Position numbers and translations under genes: made by a program
Shown here: piece by piece, positions 10,035-21,385 of the stretch
Layout of the letters: every line of letters begins with the position of its first letter
Numbering within the stretch: the stretch's first letter is position 1
Assembly: GCA_963708135.1 (NCBI GenBank)
Contig: OY970192.1
Location: 1,312,001-1,376,000 of the forward strand
From: an uncultured Gemmatimonadales bacterium
GTDB taxonomy: Bacteria; Gemmatimonadota; Gemmatimonadetes; Longimicrobiales; RSA9
Direction of reading: 5' to 3'
Length of the DNA: 64,000 bases
The notes under the pieces: model-generated
Databases searched by the model: none
The model's input: only the letters and a program-made list of their open reading frames with translations
Told to the model about the DNA's origin: nothing

Positions 10035-10915
10035 AGCATCATCCCGATGAGCGCGAGACCGATCGCGAGTGAGAGGAACCCCAGCGTCGCCGCCACGAGG
10101 GACTGGCGCCGGCCGGGTGGAGGGGCGGGCGCATCGACGAGCGGCGGCGCGCCCGGATCGCGCTGCGCCAGTTCCTCGATCCGTTCCGCCACCAGTGGGT
10201 GCTCCTCCTCCATGTAGTCCTTCGTGGCCCGGCCCGTGAACATCACGGCGTCCAGCGGGAATTTCTCCGGGCGCAGGTGGACGTTGAAGAAGTGCACGGT
10301 GAAGATGAACGCGGTGGCCAGCACCGCCTCGTCGGCGTGGATGACGGTCGAGACGTTGAAGAGCGAGCCGGGCAGGAAGCGCGCGAAGAACTCCGGGAAC
10401 CAGAGCGTCAGTCCCGAGAAGCCGATCATGGCCACGCCCCAGAAGACGGCGAGGTAGTCGAACTTCTCCATGTAGCTGTAGCGCCCGAACTTCGGCCGCG
10501 GCCCGAGGCCCAGGAACCACTTCCACTGCTGGTAGAACTGGACCACGTCGCTGGGCTGCGGCACCATCGACTCCGGTCCCCACAGCATCCGCTTGCGGTG
10601 CCGGGAGCGCGCGAGCGCGACGATGACGTAGCCCAGGTGCGCTCCGAAGTAGGCGAAGGTCACGAGCGCGGCCAGCCGGTGCAGCCGGCCGGCCATGGTG
10701 ACCCCGCCGAGCAGCCGGATCAGGGGCCGCGACCACGGCGCGCAGCTGAAGCGCAGCGGCATGCCGGTGATGACCAGCGTGAAGAAGGAGATCATCACCG
10801 TCGCGTGCGTCAGACGGTGGTAGAGCCGGAAGCGCCACACGAACGGGCCCCGGCCGCGCTGGGCGGCGTCCATCGGGACCGGTTCTGCCGGTGCGGGGGT
10901 CTGTACGCTGCTCAT
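10016..10915 (-). CDS. Di-heme cytochrome b (FdnI/HydC-like; CbcL C-terminal-like)
   Basis: RFRLYHRLTH...TGMPL, LHRLAA, YMEKFDYLAVFWG, IHADEAVLA, VHFFNVHLRP. Confidence 0.88.
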   Translation of the reverse strand: MSSVQTPAPAEPVPMDAAQRGRGPFVWRFRLYHRLTHATVMISFFTLVITGMPLRFSCAPWSRPLIRLLGGVTMAGRLHRLAALVTFAYFGAHLGYVIVALARSRHRKRMLWGPESMVPQPSDVVQFYQQWKWFLGLGPRPKFGRYSYMEKFDYLAVFWGVAMIGFSGLTLWFPEFFARFLPGSLFNVSTVIHADEAVLATAFIFTVHFFNVHLRPEKFPLDAVMFTGRATKDYMEEEHPLVAERIEELAQRDPGAPPLVDAPAPPPGRRQSLVAATLGFLSLAIGLALIGMMLWVELC

Positions 10916-12218
10916 GCCTCACCTCCGTGCTTCGATCCGGCCCCCCGCCTGCGCGCGCCGCCGACTCCGACGCGCACGAGCCAGAGCAGCGTGTGCAGCC
11001 CGAACACGCTCAGGACCCCGACCAGCAGCAGGCTCATGAAACGATAGACCCAGTAGAGGATCGGGTTCTTGGCGGCATCGTGCGGATCCGCGTGCGGCTG
11101 GAACTCGACGAAGGAGGCCGACGCCTGCTTGTGGCACTGCCCGCACGTCTGCACCAGGTTCGCACTGGCGACCGTCGAGCGCGGATCGGAGGCCGGCAGG
11201 ATCCCGTGCGCCCCGTGGCAGTCCGCGCACGTCGCGGCCGCCGGAGAGCCGAGCGATGTCGCCTGCCCGTGATACGAGTCGCCGAAGGTGTCGGCGTAGC
11301 GCTCGTGGCAGGCGGTGCACTTCTCGGTGGCGGCGAGCTCGAACGCCTGGCCGCGGGTGCGCAGCATGTCGTGCGCACCGTGACAGGTCGTGCAGGTCGG
11401 CGGCTGCTCGGCCGGCGCCGGAACCGCCCCGCTGCGGTGGGCGCGCGCCGGCGTACCCGTGAGCACGGCCGTCCCGTGCGCGTCGCCGCGCCAGGCGGCC
11501 GCGATGCGCTCGTGGCATGCTCCGCACGTCTCGACCTGCCTGCTCGCGGCCAGCCGGCTCCCCGCGCCGTCCGGAGGCTGCACGTCGTGCGCGCCGTGGC
11601 AGCCGGCGCACGGCACGCTGTCCGCGTGCGCCAGCCGCGGCGCCATCCGGGCCGCATCGTGGCAGGTGATGCAGCGGCCGTTCATGGTCCGCATCGCCGC
11701 GCCCAGGGAGAGCTCCGCCGCAGGCCGGACATCGTGCAGCCCGTGACACTGCTGGCAGGCGACGGGGGCCTTCCCATTGTGACCCGCGTGCACCCCTTCC
11801 TTCCACGTCGCCGCCTGCTTCTCGTGACAGGAGGCGCAGCTCCGCGTCTGCACATCGGTGCCTTCCTTCGGGTGCGGAAACCCGCCGTACCCGCGATGGC
11901 ACTCGGTGCACGCCAGCTTGCCGTGGACGGAATGCCGGACCACCGCGTCGGGCGTCAGCAGCGATTCCGCGCGTGCGAACGTCGGGGCCTGCTGCCGCAG
12001 GAGCTCGAGCTCGCCGTGGCAGCGCTCGCACCGCTCGACCGGGCGCTCGCTCGCCGCTGCCCGTGGCGTCTGCGCGGCGCCGGCGAGCGGCGGGGGAGAC
12101 GTGGCCTGCGGCATGGCCGCGGCCCTCCGGGCTCCGCCCCGGAACGCCGCTCCCGCCAGCACGGCCAGGATGAGGAGCACGCCCGCCAGCGCGGGGGCGC
12201 GGAAGCTCAGGCGCCGCT

Positions 12219-12222
<4 letters not shown>
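10912..12222 (-). CDS. 11-heme cytochrome c with C-terminal TM helix (CbcL N-terminal-like)
   Basis: ATGA overlap with upstream regulator; signal peptide; 11 CxxCH; FQPHADPHD...LLVGVLSVFGLHTLLWLVR. Confidence 0.88.
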
Positions 12223-13589
<1,367 letters not shown>

Positions 13590-15190
13590 GCCTCGTTCTC
13601 CGTTCTCGCGGGCGGCTCCGTCGGCAGCTCGATCCGCACGGTCGTGCCCTTGCCCGGCTCGCTGTCCACCGCCAGCCGCCCCTGATGCGCGGAGACGATC
13701 CGCGCCACGAGCGGCAGCCCCAGCCCGGTGCCCATCGGTTTCGTCGAGTGGAACGGCCGCAGCACCCGCTCGAGGTCCGGTTCCGGGATGCCGGGCCCGT
13801 AGTCGCGGAACACCAGCGCGACCCGCCCGGCCTCGGCCCGCTCCGTGCGCAGCTCCAGCACACCCCCTCCAGGCATCGCCTCCGCTGCGTTCAGCATCAC
13901 GTTCAGCACCGCCTGCTCGAGGCGCTGCGGGTCCGCCCAGGCGACCCGGGCGTCGCCGCCGTACTCGCGCACCACGGCGAGGCCCCGCCCCGCGGGGTGG
14001 CTTGCCATCTCCAGCAACGCGTTGTCCAGCAGCTCGGGAAGGTCCACCGGCGCCGCGACCAGGCCGTCGGGCCGCGCCAGTGCGAACAGGTCCCGCATCG
14101 TCTCCAGCAGCCGCTCGAGCTGCGCCGCGATACCCGCCAGCAGCTCCTGTCCACGCGGGTCCGGTACGTACTCCCGCTGCAGCAGCTCGATCGCCATCTG
14201 TGCCGATGCCAGGGGGCGCTTGAGCTCGTGCGCCATCTCGGCCGCCAGCTCGCCCACCTCCGCGAGCCCCGCCTGCGCCACCAGCCGCCGTTCCGTCGCG
14301 GCCTCCTTGGCCAGCAGCTTCGTCACCCCCGCCTCCAGCGCGCCCAGCTCCTCCTCCCGGCGCGGCGCCTCGCCCGTCCGGTCCAGCAGCCGCCGCACCC
14401 GTCGCAGCGGCACCACCACCTCCCGCTCGAGCATCGTGAACAGGATCGCCACGAGCGCCAGCACGGAGGCCACGAACAGCCCGATGCCCAGCCGCGCACC
14501 CCGGTCCATGGCCGCCTGCAGCGGCGCCACCGAGAACTCCACCTCGAACACCGCCGCCCCCGGCGCCGTGAGCGGAAGGAACGCGCGGATCGCGCGACCG
14601 TCTGCCGTCTGCCGCGCCAGGCCCTGCGCAGGCAGCTCAGGCGCCGGGGGCAGCCACACCCGCGCGTCGCGCGCGCCCTCCTCCGCGGGTAGCGCCGACA
14701 GGAGGATCCGGCCGTCGTCGCCGTACACGCGCGCGACGCCCGCATTCGCGTCCGTCAACAGCCGGCGCAGGCTGCGCCGCGCCTGGTCCTCCCGGCCGAG
14801 CGCCAGTGCCGCGTCCAGCGACGCGCGCGCCGCGCCTGCCGCCACCAGCGTCTGGTGCTCCGTCGCGGCCAGGGTCTCCTGGCGCCAGTATCGGAAGGAG
14901 AGGTAGGTGGACGCGCCCAGGAGGGCGACGCCCGCGCCAATGATCGTGATGATCAGCTTGGTCCGCAGCGGCAGGTCCCGCAGCCGGACATCGATGCTCA
15001 TATGTCGAACCCCAACGTCGGGGGTGTCGGTCATTTCGTCTCGAACAACGCCTGGCCCGTTGGACATCATGCCCTCATCGGACAAGGCGCGACGGGTGCC
15101 GCGGCGCGCCACTGCTGGATTTCCTCTGCGCGCACGCCGCGGCACACCGTCAGGAAGGGCAACCTTCAGACCACCTCGGACCTCTCCGCT

Positions 15191-16372
15191 TCAGCCGATC
15201 AGCAGCGCCAGCGCGGCCGCCGCCGTTGCGTTCGCGACCACCGCCGGGCCGAGTCCCCGCAGCCAGTACACGACCCCGAAGGCCGCCGCCGGCAGCAGCA
15301 CCGCGACCACCGCGTAGAGCAGCGCCGTCGTCGGGGTGGCGAAGCCGGTCGCGACGATCGCCGGTGCGTAGAGCGCGAGTTGGAGCGCCGCCGCGGCTAG
15401 CACCGCGAGCGTAATGGATTCCTCGCGGCTCCGCCGCCACCGCAGGAGCAGCCACAGCACCGACGTCATGGCGAAGAGGCGGAGGAAGATCTCGTCCACG
15501 AGCGCACGGCTGAGGGCCAGCACCACCGAGCCCGCCGGGCCCGTGGCTGCCGCGGGAGCCGGGATCCCCGCGCCGAAGTGGAAGGGCAGCGCGAGCAGCC
15601 CGAGCAGGGCACCGACGGCGAGCCCGATCGCCAACCCGCTTCCCAGCCGCCCCGACTGAACCAGCGCCGACGGGTGCTCACCCGGCAGGCGCCGGAGCAG
15701 CATGAGCCCGACCGTCACCACCGGCCCGACCATCCAGATCGCGACGAAGGCCGCGAGCAGCACCGCGCCGATCTCCGTCACCTGGAGATCGAAGCCCCAC
15801 AGCATCGGTCGCTTGGCCAGGAAGCTCACCAGCAGGGCCGCGAACGAGGCGCCCACCAGAAGACTGCCCGCCCGCCGGTCCGGCCAGCGGGCGAGCGCGT
15901 TCCGGAGCGCCCGCACTCCCGTCCCCGCCGCCACCGCCACCAGCGCCGCCCCCACCACCCAGCCCAGCCCCACGCCCACCCAGGCGCCGACCCGGTGCAG
16001 GTACGCGGCCACCACCGTCATCGCGATCCAGCCCGAGACCAGCCAGCCCAGGGCCAGTGCCGGCACCGTGTACAGCACCGCCATGCCCAGCCGCCCGAAC
16101 GCCTGCCGCGCTTCCAGACCTTGCGGCCGCCCGAGCAACCCCAGCGCCGCGCCGTGGAGCAACCCGATCGCCGCGCCGAGGATGAACAGCACCGTGCTCG
16201 TGAGCAGCAGCGCGTTTCCGCTCAGGCGCCCGGCCAGCGTCATGCCCGCCACGAGCATCCCGCCCACCAGCACGCCCCCGGCCACTGCCCAGCTCACCAC
16301 CACCGCCCCCGTCAGGCCGATCCCGCGCGCCACCGGCTCGTGCACCATTGTGCCCCGCATCTCGTCCGACAT
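15191..16372 (-). CDS. Multi-pass membrane protein with degenerate CPBP/Abi-like C-terminus
   Basis: About 10 hydrophobic segments; DEIFLR resembles EExxFR; RBS AAGGAGGG. Confidence 0.7.
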   Translation of the reverse strand: MSDEMRGTMVHEPVARGIGLTGAVVVSWAVAGGVLVGGMLVAGMTLAGRLSGNALLLTSTVLFILGAAIGLLHGAALGLLGRPQGLEARQAFGRLGMAVLYTVPALALGWLVSGWIAMTVVAAYLHRVGAWVGVGLGWVVGAALVAVAAGTGVRALRNALARWPDRRAGSLLVGASFAALLVSFLAKRPMLWGFDLQVTEIGAVLLAAFVAIWMVGPVVTVGLMLLRRLPGEHPSALVQSGRLGSGLAIGLAVGALLGLLALPFHFGAGIPAPAAATGPAGSVVLALSRALVDEIFLRLFAMTSVLWLLLRWRRSREESITLAVLAAAALQLALYAPAIVATGFATPTTALLYAVVAVLLPAAAFGVVYWLRGLGPAVVANATAAAALALLIG

Positions 16373-16631
16373 GGCTCCCTCCTTTTACTCCCCCGGATCC
16401 GGCCGCGTCCTTCGACCGGTGCTTCCGGCTACTCCTCTTGTCACGTCCGGTGCCGTACCGCGTGGGAGCCATGGAACCGTCGAAGCAGCAACAGGTTATC
16501 GCGAATTCGCCGCGTGCCGCCCTGCCCCGTTCAGCCCTCGAAACGCGCGTTTCTGCGCGCCGACGCGCGCGCTTTCGCGCGCCCGCTCCCCGCCTCACAC
16601 CCCGCGCCGCACGGCAGCATGCCACCCACGC

Positions 16632-16668
16632 AAAAGGAGCCGGGCGGGAGTGCTCCCGCCCGGCTCCT
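16632..16668 (-). terminator. Rho-independent terminator after the cyt c/TPR genes
   Basis: GGAGCCGGGCGGGAG / CTCCCGCCCGGCTCC stem followed by TTTT on the minus strand. Confidence 0.75.
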
Positions 16669-16692
16669 GCATGCCGGCTCCGAACGCGTCGC

Positions 16693-17202
16693 TCAGCTGT
16701 GCGGCGGGCCGCTGCCACTGGCGGCGCCGGCCTTCATCGCGTCGGGCCGCAGGACGCGAACCACGTAGTAGGCCGCCGCGTCGATCTCCCTCGGCGTGAG
16801 GTGCGCTACGCCCCACGTCGGCATGCCGGACGGGTGGCCCTCGAAGATGCGCTCGCGCACCCGGGCGACATCGCTGCCGTAGGCCCAGTCCGGCTTCACC
16901 AGGGACGGCGCGTTGATGCCCTGCGACGTGGCGTACGCGGTGTGCCCCTCGCCCAGGTACCCGTGGCAGTCGCGGCAGGCGCGCGCGTAGACCTCGTTGC
17001 CCGTGAAGGCGCGCGCGCTGTCGCTCGCCCACGTCACGGTGTCGAAGTCCACGGCTTGGTAGATCGAGTCCGCCTTCGCCACCTGGGCCGACCGCGACGG
17101 TGGCTCGAACTTGTGCTCGCCGCAGCCGCCCGAGGCGGCCGCCGCCAGCGCGAGCGCCGCCAACATCCCGCCGCGCCGCACACCCGTCCCGTTGCGGATC
17201 AT
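16693..17202 (-). CDS. Monoheme class I cytochrome c lipoprotein
   Basis: Lipobox SGG-C; CRDCH; distal GMP. Confidence 0.85.
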   Translation of the reverse strand: MIRNGTGVRRGGMLAALALAAAASGGCGEHKFEPPSRSAQVAKADSIYQAVDFDTVTWASDSARAFTGNEVYARACRDCHGYLGEGHTAYATSQGINAPSLVKPDWAYGSDVARVRERIFEGHPSGMPTWGVAHLTPREIDAAAYYVVRVLRPDAMKAGAASGSGPPHS

Positions 17203-17579
17203 GGCGTCTTCGTCGTATCGCCCGACGCCGGGTGCACCAGCGTCGCTCCCGGGGCCAGCGCCCGCGCCTTTCGCATGGCCGAATCCGCCGCCACCGTGTC
17301 GCCCAGCGCCGACTCGGCCATGTAGACGCCGAACCAGCTCGCCGGTGTGTGCGGCGCATCCTTCACGGCCTGCTGGTAGTGCTTCAGCGCCGTCTGATAG
17401 TCCTTCGCGCGATAGGCCGTGTTGCCGCTATCCAGCTGCGCCTGGGCCGCTGGCGCCAGCTTCGGCGCGGTCGTCATCTGGCTCGCGCCCAACGGCTGCT
17501 TCGGCGCTTCATCCTTCTTGCACCCTACCAGCAGCGCGCCCGCTGCCAGAATCGGGACCACGCCCTTGAAGATCCGCAT
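17199..17579 (-). CDS. Small TPR lipoprotein
   Basis: LLVG-C lipobox; TPR-like GNTAYRAKDYQTALKHYQQA; RBS GAGGG. Confidence 0.8.
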   Translation of the reverse strand: MRIFKGVVPILAAGALLVGCKKDEAPKQPLGASQMTTAPKLAPAAQAQLDSGNTAYRAKDYQTALKHYQQAVKDAPHTPASWFGVYMAESALGDTVAADSAMRKARALAPGATLVHPASGDTTKTP

Positions 17580-17685
17580 CAATCCCTCTTGGTCGTCTGT
17601 CGTTCGTCTCGAGGCGCGCGACACCGGGACCCCCCGGCCCCGTCGAGCCCGTCTGCCGGGGCCCGGTCACGCGCCGCTCCCCCCG

Positions 17686-17700
17686 GCAGCATTCATGCCC
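17686..17700 (-). promoter_or_regulatory. Putative sigma54 -24/-12 promoter (leftward)
   Basis: GGGCATGAATGCTGC fits GG-N10-GC. Confidence 0.45.
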
Positions 17701-17957
17701 CATGCTGTCCCGTTCCGTCCCGCCCGCGCCGGCGCCGCCGAATCGGCCGCCGCGTCCTGATCTGCCAGCCCGCGGCGGGCACTTTCCGGGCTGCGCCATC
17801 CACTCCCTGGCGGCGCGCCGCCGGATCGCCCATTCTTTCCGGTCATGTCGCGCAAAGCCCCAACCAACGTTTACCTCCGCGGCAGAATGTCGCAAGGTTC
17901 CGTTCCGCCCGCGGCGAATCTTGGCGCCGGGCAAGGTCTTTCGCGCGCGAGGCGGAC

Positions 17958-17973
17958 TGGCCTGCCCGTTGCT
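17958..17973 (+). promoter_or_regulatory. Putative sigma54 -24/-12 promoter for the NapC-like/porin/MHC operon
   Basis: TGGCCTGCCCGTTGCT matches TGGC-N7-TTGC. Confidence 0.6.
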
Positions 17974-18086
17974 GAGCGGGGCCCCGCCGAACACAACGGA
18001 TCTTCACCCGATGACGGGTTGCAGCCAATGAGGATGAGAAGGAGCGTTGCGCGGGTCGGGCTGGGTGGTGGCGGGGCAGGGCCCTC

Positions 18087-19925
18087 GTGAGTGGCCCCTC
18101 TGTTTGGGAGCGGCTGCGCGGGTGGGCCTTCGGGATCTCGCGGGGCTGGCTGATTGCGGCAGCGGCGGCGGGCGCGGTCATCGTCATCGTCGGCGGAGCG
18201 CTGCTGTTCCGGACGTACAACTACGTCCAGTACAACAACAACTTCTGTCTGCAGTGCCACCTCATGGCGGGGCCGTACGCCCGCTTCCAGCAGAGTGCCC
18301 ACCGCGGCCTGGGCTGCAAGGCGTGTCACCATCCGACGCCGATCGCGCGGGCCAAGATGGGCCTGACGCAGATCATCAAGCAGCCGACCAGCATTGAAGC
18401 CCATGCCGAGGTACCCAACTCGGCGTGCGAGAAGTGCCACGTGGAAGGGAACCCCAGGGAATGGACGCTGATCTCGGCGTCGGTCGGCCACCGGATCCAC
18501 TTCGAGTCGAAGGACACGGCGCTGAAGGGCCTGGCCTGCGTGCGCTGCCACTCCGTGTCGATTCACGAGTTCGCGCCCGTGGATCGCACGTGCGCGCAGG
18601 CGGGCTGCCACACGAACACGAAGATCAAGCTCGGCAAGATGGGCCAGCTCACGATCCACTGCGTGGTCTGTCACAACTTCAACAAGCCGGATACGCAGCG
18701 GGTCGGCCCCGATTCGCTGGCGCTGGCGCTCCGCCCGCAGCGGGAGGAATGCCTGAGCTGCCATGCCATGCGGCAGAAGGTCGGCGTGTTCCCCGCCAAC
18801 GAGCCCCACAAGGGCGTGTGTGGCGCGTGTCATGATCCGCACACCCAGTCGACGCCCGCGGAGGCGGTGCAGTCGTGCTCGAACGGCGGCTGCCACGAGC
18901 GGGCGGACACGATCACGCCGGCGCACCGCGGCCTCGAGCCCGGCGTGCTCGAGCGCTGCACGAACTGCCACGTCGCCCACACCTGGAAGCCGAAGGGCCA
19001 GGTGGACGACTGCCGGTCCTGCCACACGAAGATCTTCGAGGCGACGCCGCCCGGCGCGAGCACCCGCGCGGCGCTTCCGCCTCCGCCGCGCGGCCCGGCC
19101 GCGGCCGCCGCCGCGGGATCCGCCGCGGCCGCGGCACCCGCGCAGCCCGGGCGCGGAGCCGCCGAGGTCGGGCCGGCCGGCGAGGCCTCCCTGGGCGCAG
19201 CTCTCCTGCGGCTCGTGGGCGGCGCATCCCACGCCAGGCCCGCCTCCCGGCGGCCGCTCACCCCGGAGCATCCATTCCGCGCCGTCACGCAGGAGCCGCA
19301 GCAGCCCGTGGCTGGAACCGTGGCGCGGTGGGGCGGCCATTTCGACCATCGCACCCACCGGCAGCTCGACTGCCTGCAGTGCCACAGCATGCAGGACACC
19401 CACGGCGCGCTGAAGGTTCGCACGAAGCAGGACTGCGAGTCCTGCCACCACTCCGCGGATCAGAAGCGGCCGTGCGCCAGCTGCCATACGGCGGCCGAGC
19501 TGGGCTGGCAACGACCCGAGAAGGTCGAGGTCCGCACGAGCGTGTCGCGGACGACCACCACCCGGACGTTGCCGTTCCCGCACGCGCGCCACACGTCGCT
19601 CCAGTGCTCGGCGTGCCACGGGCCGCCGCCCACGTACACGCCGCGCGTGGACTGCGAGTCGTGTCACAGCAAGCACCACCAGGCGAACGCCGAGTGCAGG
19701 CTCTGCCACGCCGGGCTGCCGCTCAAGGCGCACACGCGGGCCGCGCACCTGGCGTGCGGCGGTAGCGGGTGCCATCAGGACGCGGCGGTCGCCTCCCTGT
19801 CCTGGTCCCGCGAGGTCTGCCTTGCCTGCCACCAGGACCGGGTGCTGCACGAGCCGGGACTCGCCTGTGAGAGCTGCCACAAGGTCCCGGCCCTCCATTC
19901 AACGACGAAGAGGTCCGCGCCATGA
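18087..19925 (+). CDS. NapC/NirT-anchored large multiheme cytochrome (17 CxxCH + 3 CxxxGCH)
   Basis: N-terminal TM helix; FCLQCHLM (CxxCHxM); Pro/Ala linker separating 11- and 9-motif blocks. Confidence 0.88.
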   Translation: MSGPSVWERLRGWAFGISRGWLIAAAAAGAVIVIVGGALLFRTYNYVQYNNNFCLQCHLMAGPYARFQQSAHRGLGCKACHHPTPIARAKMGLTQIIKQPTSIEAHAEVPNSACEKCHVEGNPREWTLISASVGHRIHFESKDTALKGLACVRCHSVSIHEFAPVDRTCAQAGCHTNTKIKLGKMGQLTIHCVVCHNFNKPDTQRVGPDSLALALRPQREECLSCHAMRQKVGVFPANEPHKGVCGACHDPHTQSTPAEAVQSCSNGGCHERADTITPAHRGLEPGVLERCTNCHVAHTWKPKGQVDDCRSCHTKIFEATPPGASTRAALPPPPRGPAAAAAAGSAAAAAPAQPGRGAAEVGPAGEASLGAALLRLVGGASHARPASRRPLTPEHPFRAVTQEPQQPVAGTVARWGGHFDHRTHRQLDCLQCHSMQDTHGALKVRTKQDCESCHHSADQKRPCASCHTAAELGWQRPEKVEVRTSVSRTTTTRTLPFPHARHTSLQCSACHGPPPTYTPRVDCESCHSKHHQANAECRLCHAGLPLKAHTRAAHLACGGSGCHQDAAVASLSWSREVCLACHQDRVLHEPGLACESCHKVPALHSTTKRSAP

Positions 19926-21385
19926 GAGCCGGATGCATCCTGATCCTGCTCGCGGCGTTTACGGCTGGTTCCTTGTCGGCGCAGGGGTTTCGGATCACGG
20001 GGGTCTCGACCGCGCAGTATATCGATGCGCGGCCTCTGGCCTCCGACAGTGTCCCCATCTCCCAGGCCCTCGGGACCGGCACGCTGCGGCAGACCGCCGA
20101 CGGCACGATCGTCAGCTGCACCAGTGCGGGATCGTACTGCTACTTCCAGCGCTCGGGTGCCACGCTCGCGGCCGTGCCCCTGATCCAGGATCTGGAGGTC
20201 AGCGCCTGGGGGCTCGCCACCGGGCTGCGCTTCTACGCGGATCTGCGCGGCCGCGCCGCGGCTGGCGATGCCGCCAGCTACTGGCCCCGCGCCGGTGATG
20301 CGTTCGACGCCCTCGCCGCCTACCTCGAGCTCGACCGCACCCGCTACCGGGTCCGGGTCGGACGCCAGTGGATGACCTCGGGGCTCGGCCTCTACAACTT
20401 CGATGGCGGCGACCTCGTCGTTCGCCCCCTGACCGGGGTCTCCCTCGAGGGCTACGGCGGGTGGAGCCTGGCCAACGGCCTCGACGAGTCCTACACCAGC
20501 AACGCCATCTCGGCCGTCGAGCCCTTTGCCCCGGACGAGGGCGCCTACATCCTGGGCGCCCAGCTTCACGTGCGTCCCACGCCGCGCTTCTCCGCGAGCG
20601 CTCTCTATCAGCGCGAGATCCGGAGGGACCGGGCGGGCCTCTACTCGGAGCGCGTCGCCGCGGACGCCCGGCTGCTCGTGCGCGGCTTCACGCTGGACGG
20701 CGCGCTTCAGGCGGACCTCGCCTCCGGCGACGTCAACGAGGGCCGCCTGCGCGTCCGCCTCCCGAGCCTCGCCGGGCTCGCGCCCACGCTCCAGGTCCGC
20801 CACTACCAGCCGTTCTTCGAGCTGTGGACCATCTGGGGCGCGTTCTCTCCCGTCGGCTTCGACGAGGCCACGGCGACCCTCGACTGGGCGGCCATGAACG
20901 GCCGCCTCGCCCTCGCGCTGCACGGCGGCCGCCGCCGTTACGGCGACACCGGCACCGGGGTGGAGTTCGCGCCGCTCCGCAAGGAGGGCTGGACCGCCGG
21001 TGGCGACCTCACCCTGCGGCCGGCCAGCGGCTGGACCGCCCTGGGCAGCTACGACGCCGACATCGGCTTCGGCGCGGCCTCGACCAACGAGACCGTCTCG
21101 CTCCGGCGTGAGCTCGGCGCGGTGGGCTACCTCGGAGTGACCGGGCTGGCGTTCCAGAACGCCTACGAGTTCCAGGTCGGCGAAGGGCGCGTGTGGGGTG
21201 GGGGAGTGACGGCCGGCGTCCGGCTGACGGATGCCGCGCGCGTCGATGGCAACATCTACAGCTACGTGCACCACGACCGCGGCAATGCGGCCGTGGACTG
21301 GACGCAGATGCGCGGACAGCTCCAGCTGTCGTGGTCCGTCGGCGCCGATCCCGGAATGCGGCGGCTGAAGGAGGTGGGGCCGTGA
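19922..21385 (+). CDS. Outer-membrane beta-barrel (putative cytochrome-associated porin)
   Basis: Signal peptide ...LSA-Q; many amphipathic, aromatic-bounded strands; translationally coupled between two MHCs. Confidence 0.75.
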   Translation: MRAGCILILLAAFTAGSLSAQGFRITGVSTAQYIDARPLASDSVPISQALGTGTLRQTADGTIVSCTSAGSYCYFQRSGATLAAVPLIQDLEVSAWGLATGLRFYADLRGRAAAGDAASYWPRAGDAFDALAAYLELDRTRYRVRVGRQWMTSGLGLYNFDGGDLVVRPLTGVSLEGYGGWSLANGLDESYTSNAISAVEPFAPDEGAYILGAQLHVRPTPRFSASALYQREIRRDRAGLYSERVAADARLLVRGFTLDGALQADLASGDVNEGRLRVRLPSLAGLAPTLQVRHYQPFFELWTIWGAFSPVGFDEATATLDWAAMNGRLALALHGGRRRYGDTGTGVEFAPLRKEGWTAGGDLTLRPASGWTALGSYDADIGFGAASTNETVSLRRELGAVGYLGVTGLAFQNAYEFQVGEGRVWGGGVTAGVRLTDAARVDGNIYSYVHHDRGNAAVDWTQMRGQLQLSWSVGADPGMRRLKEVGP

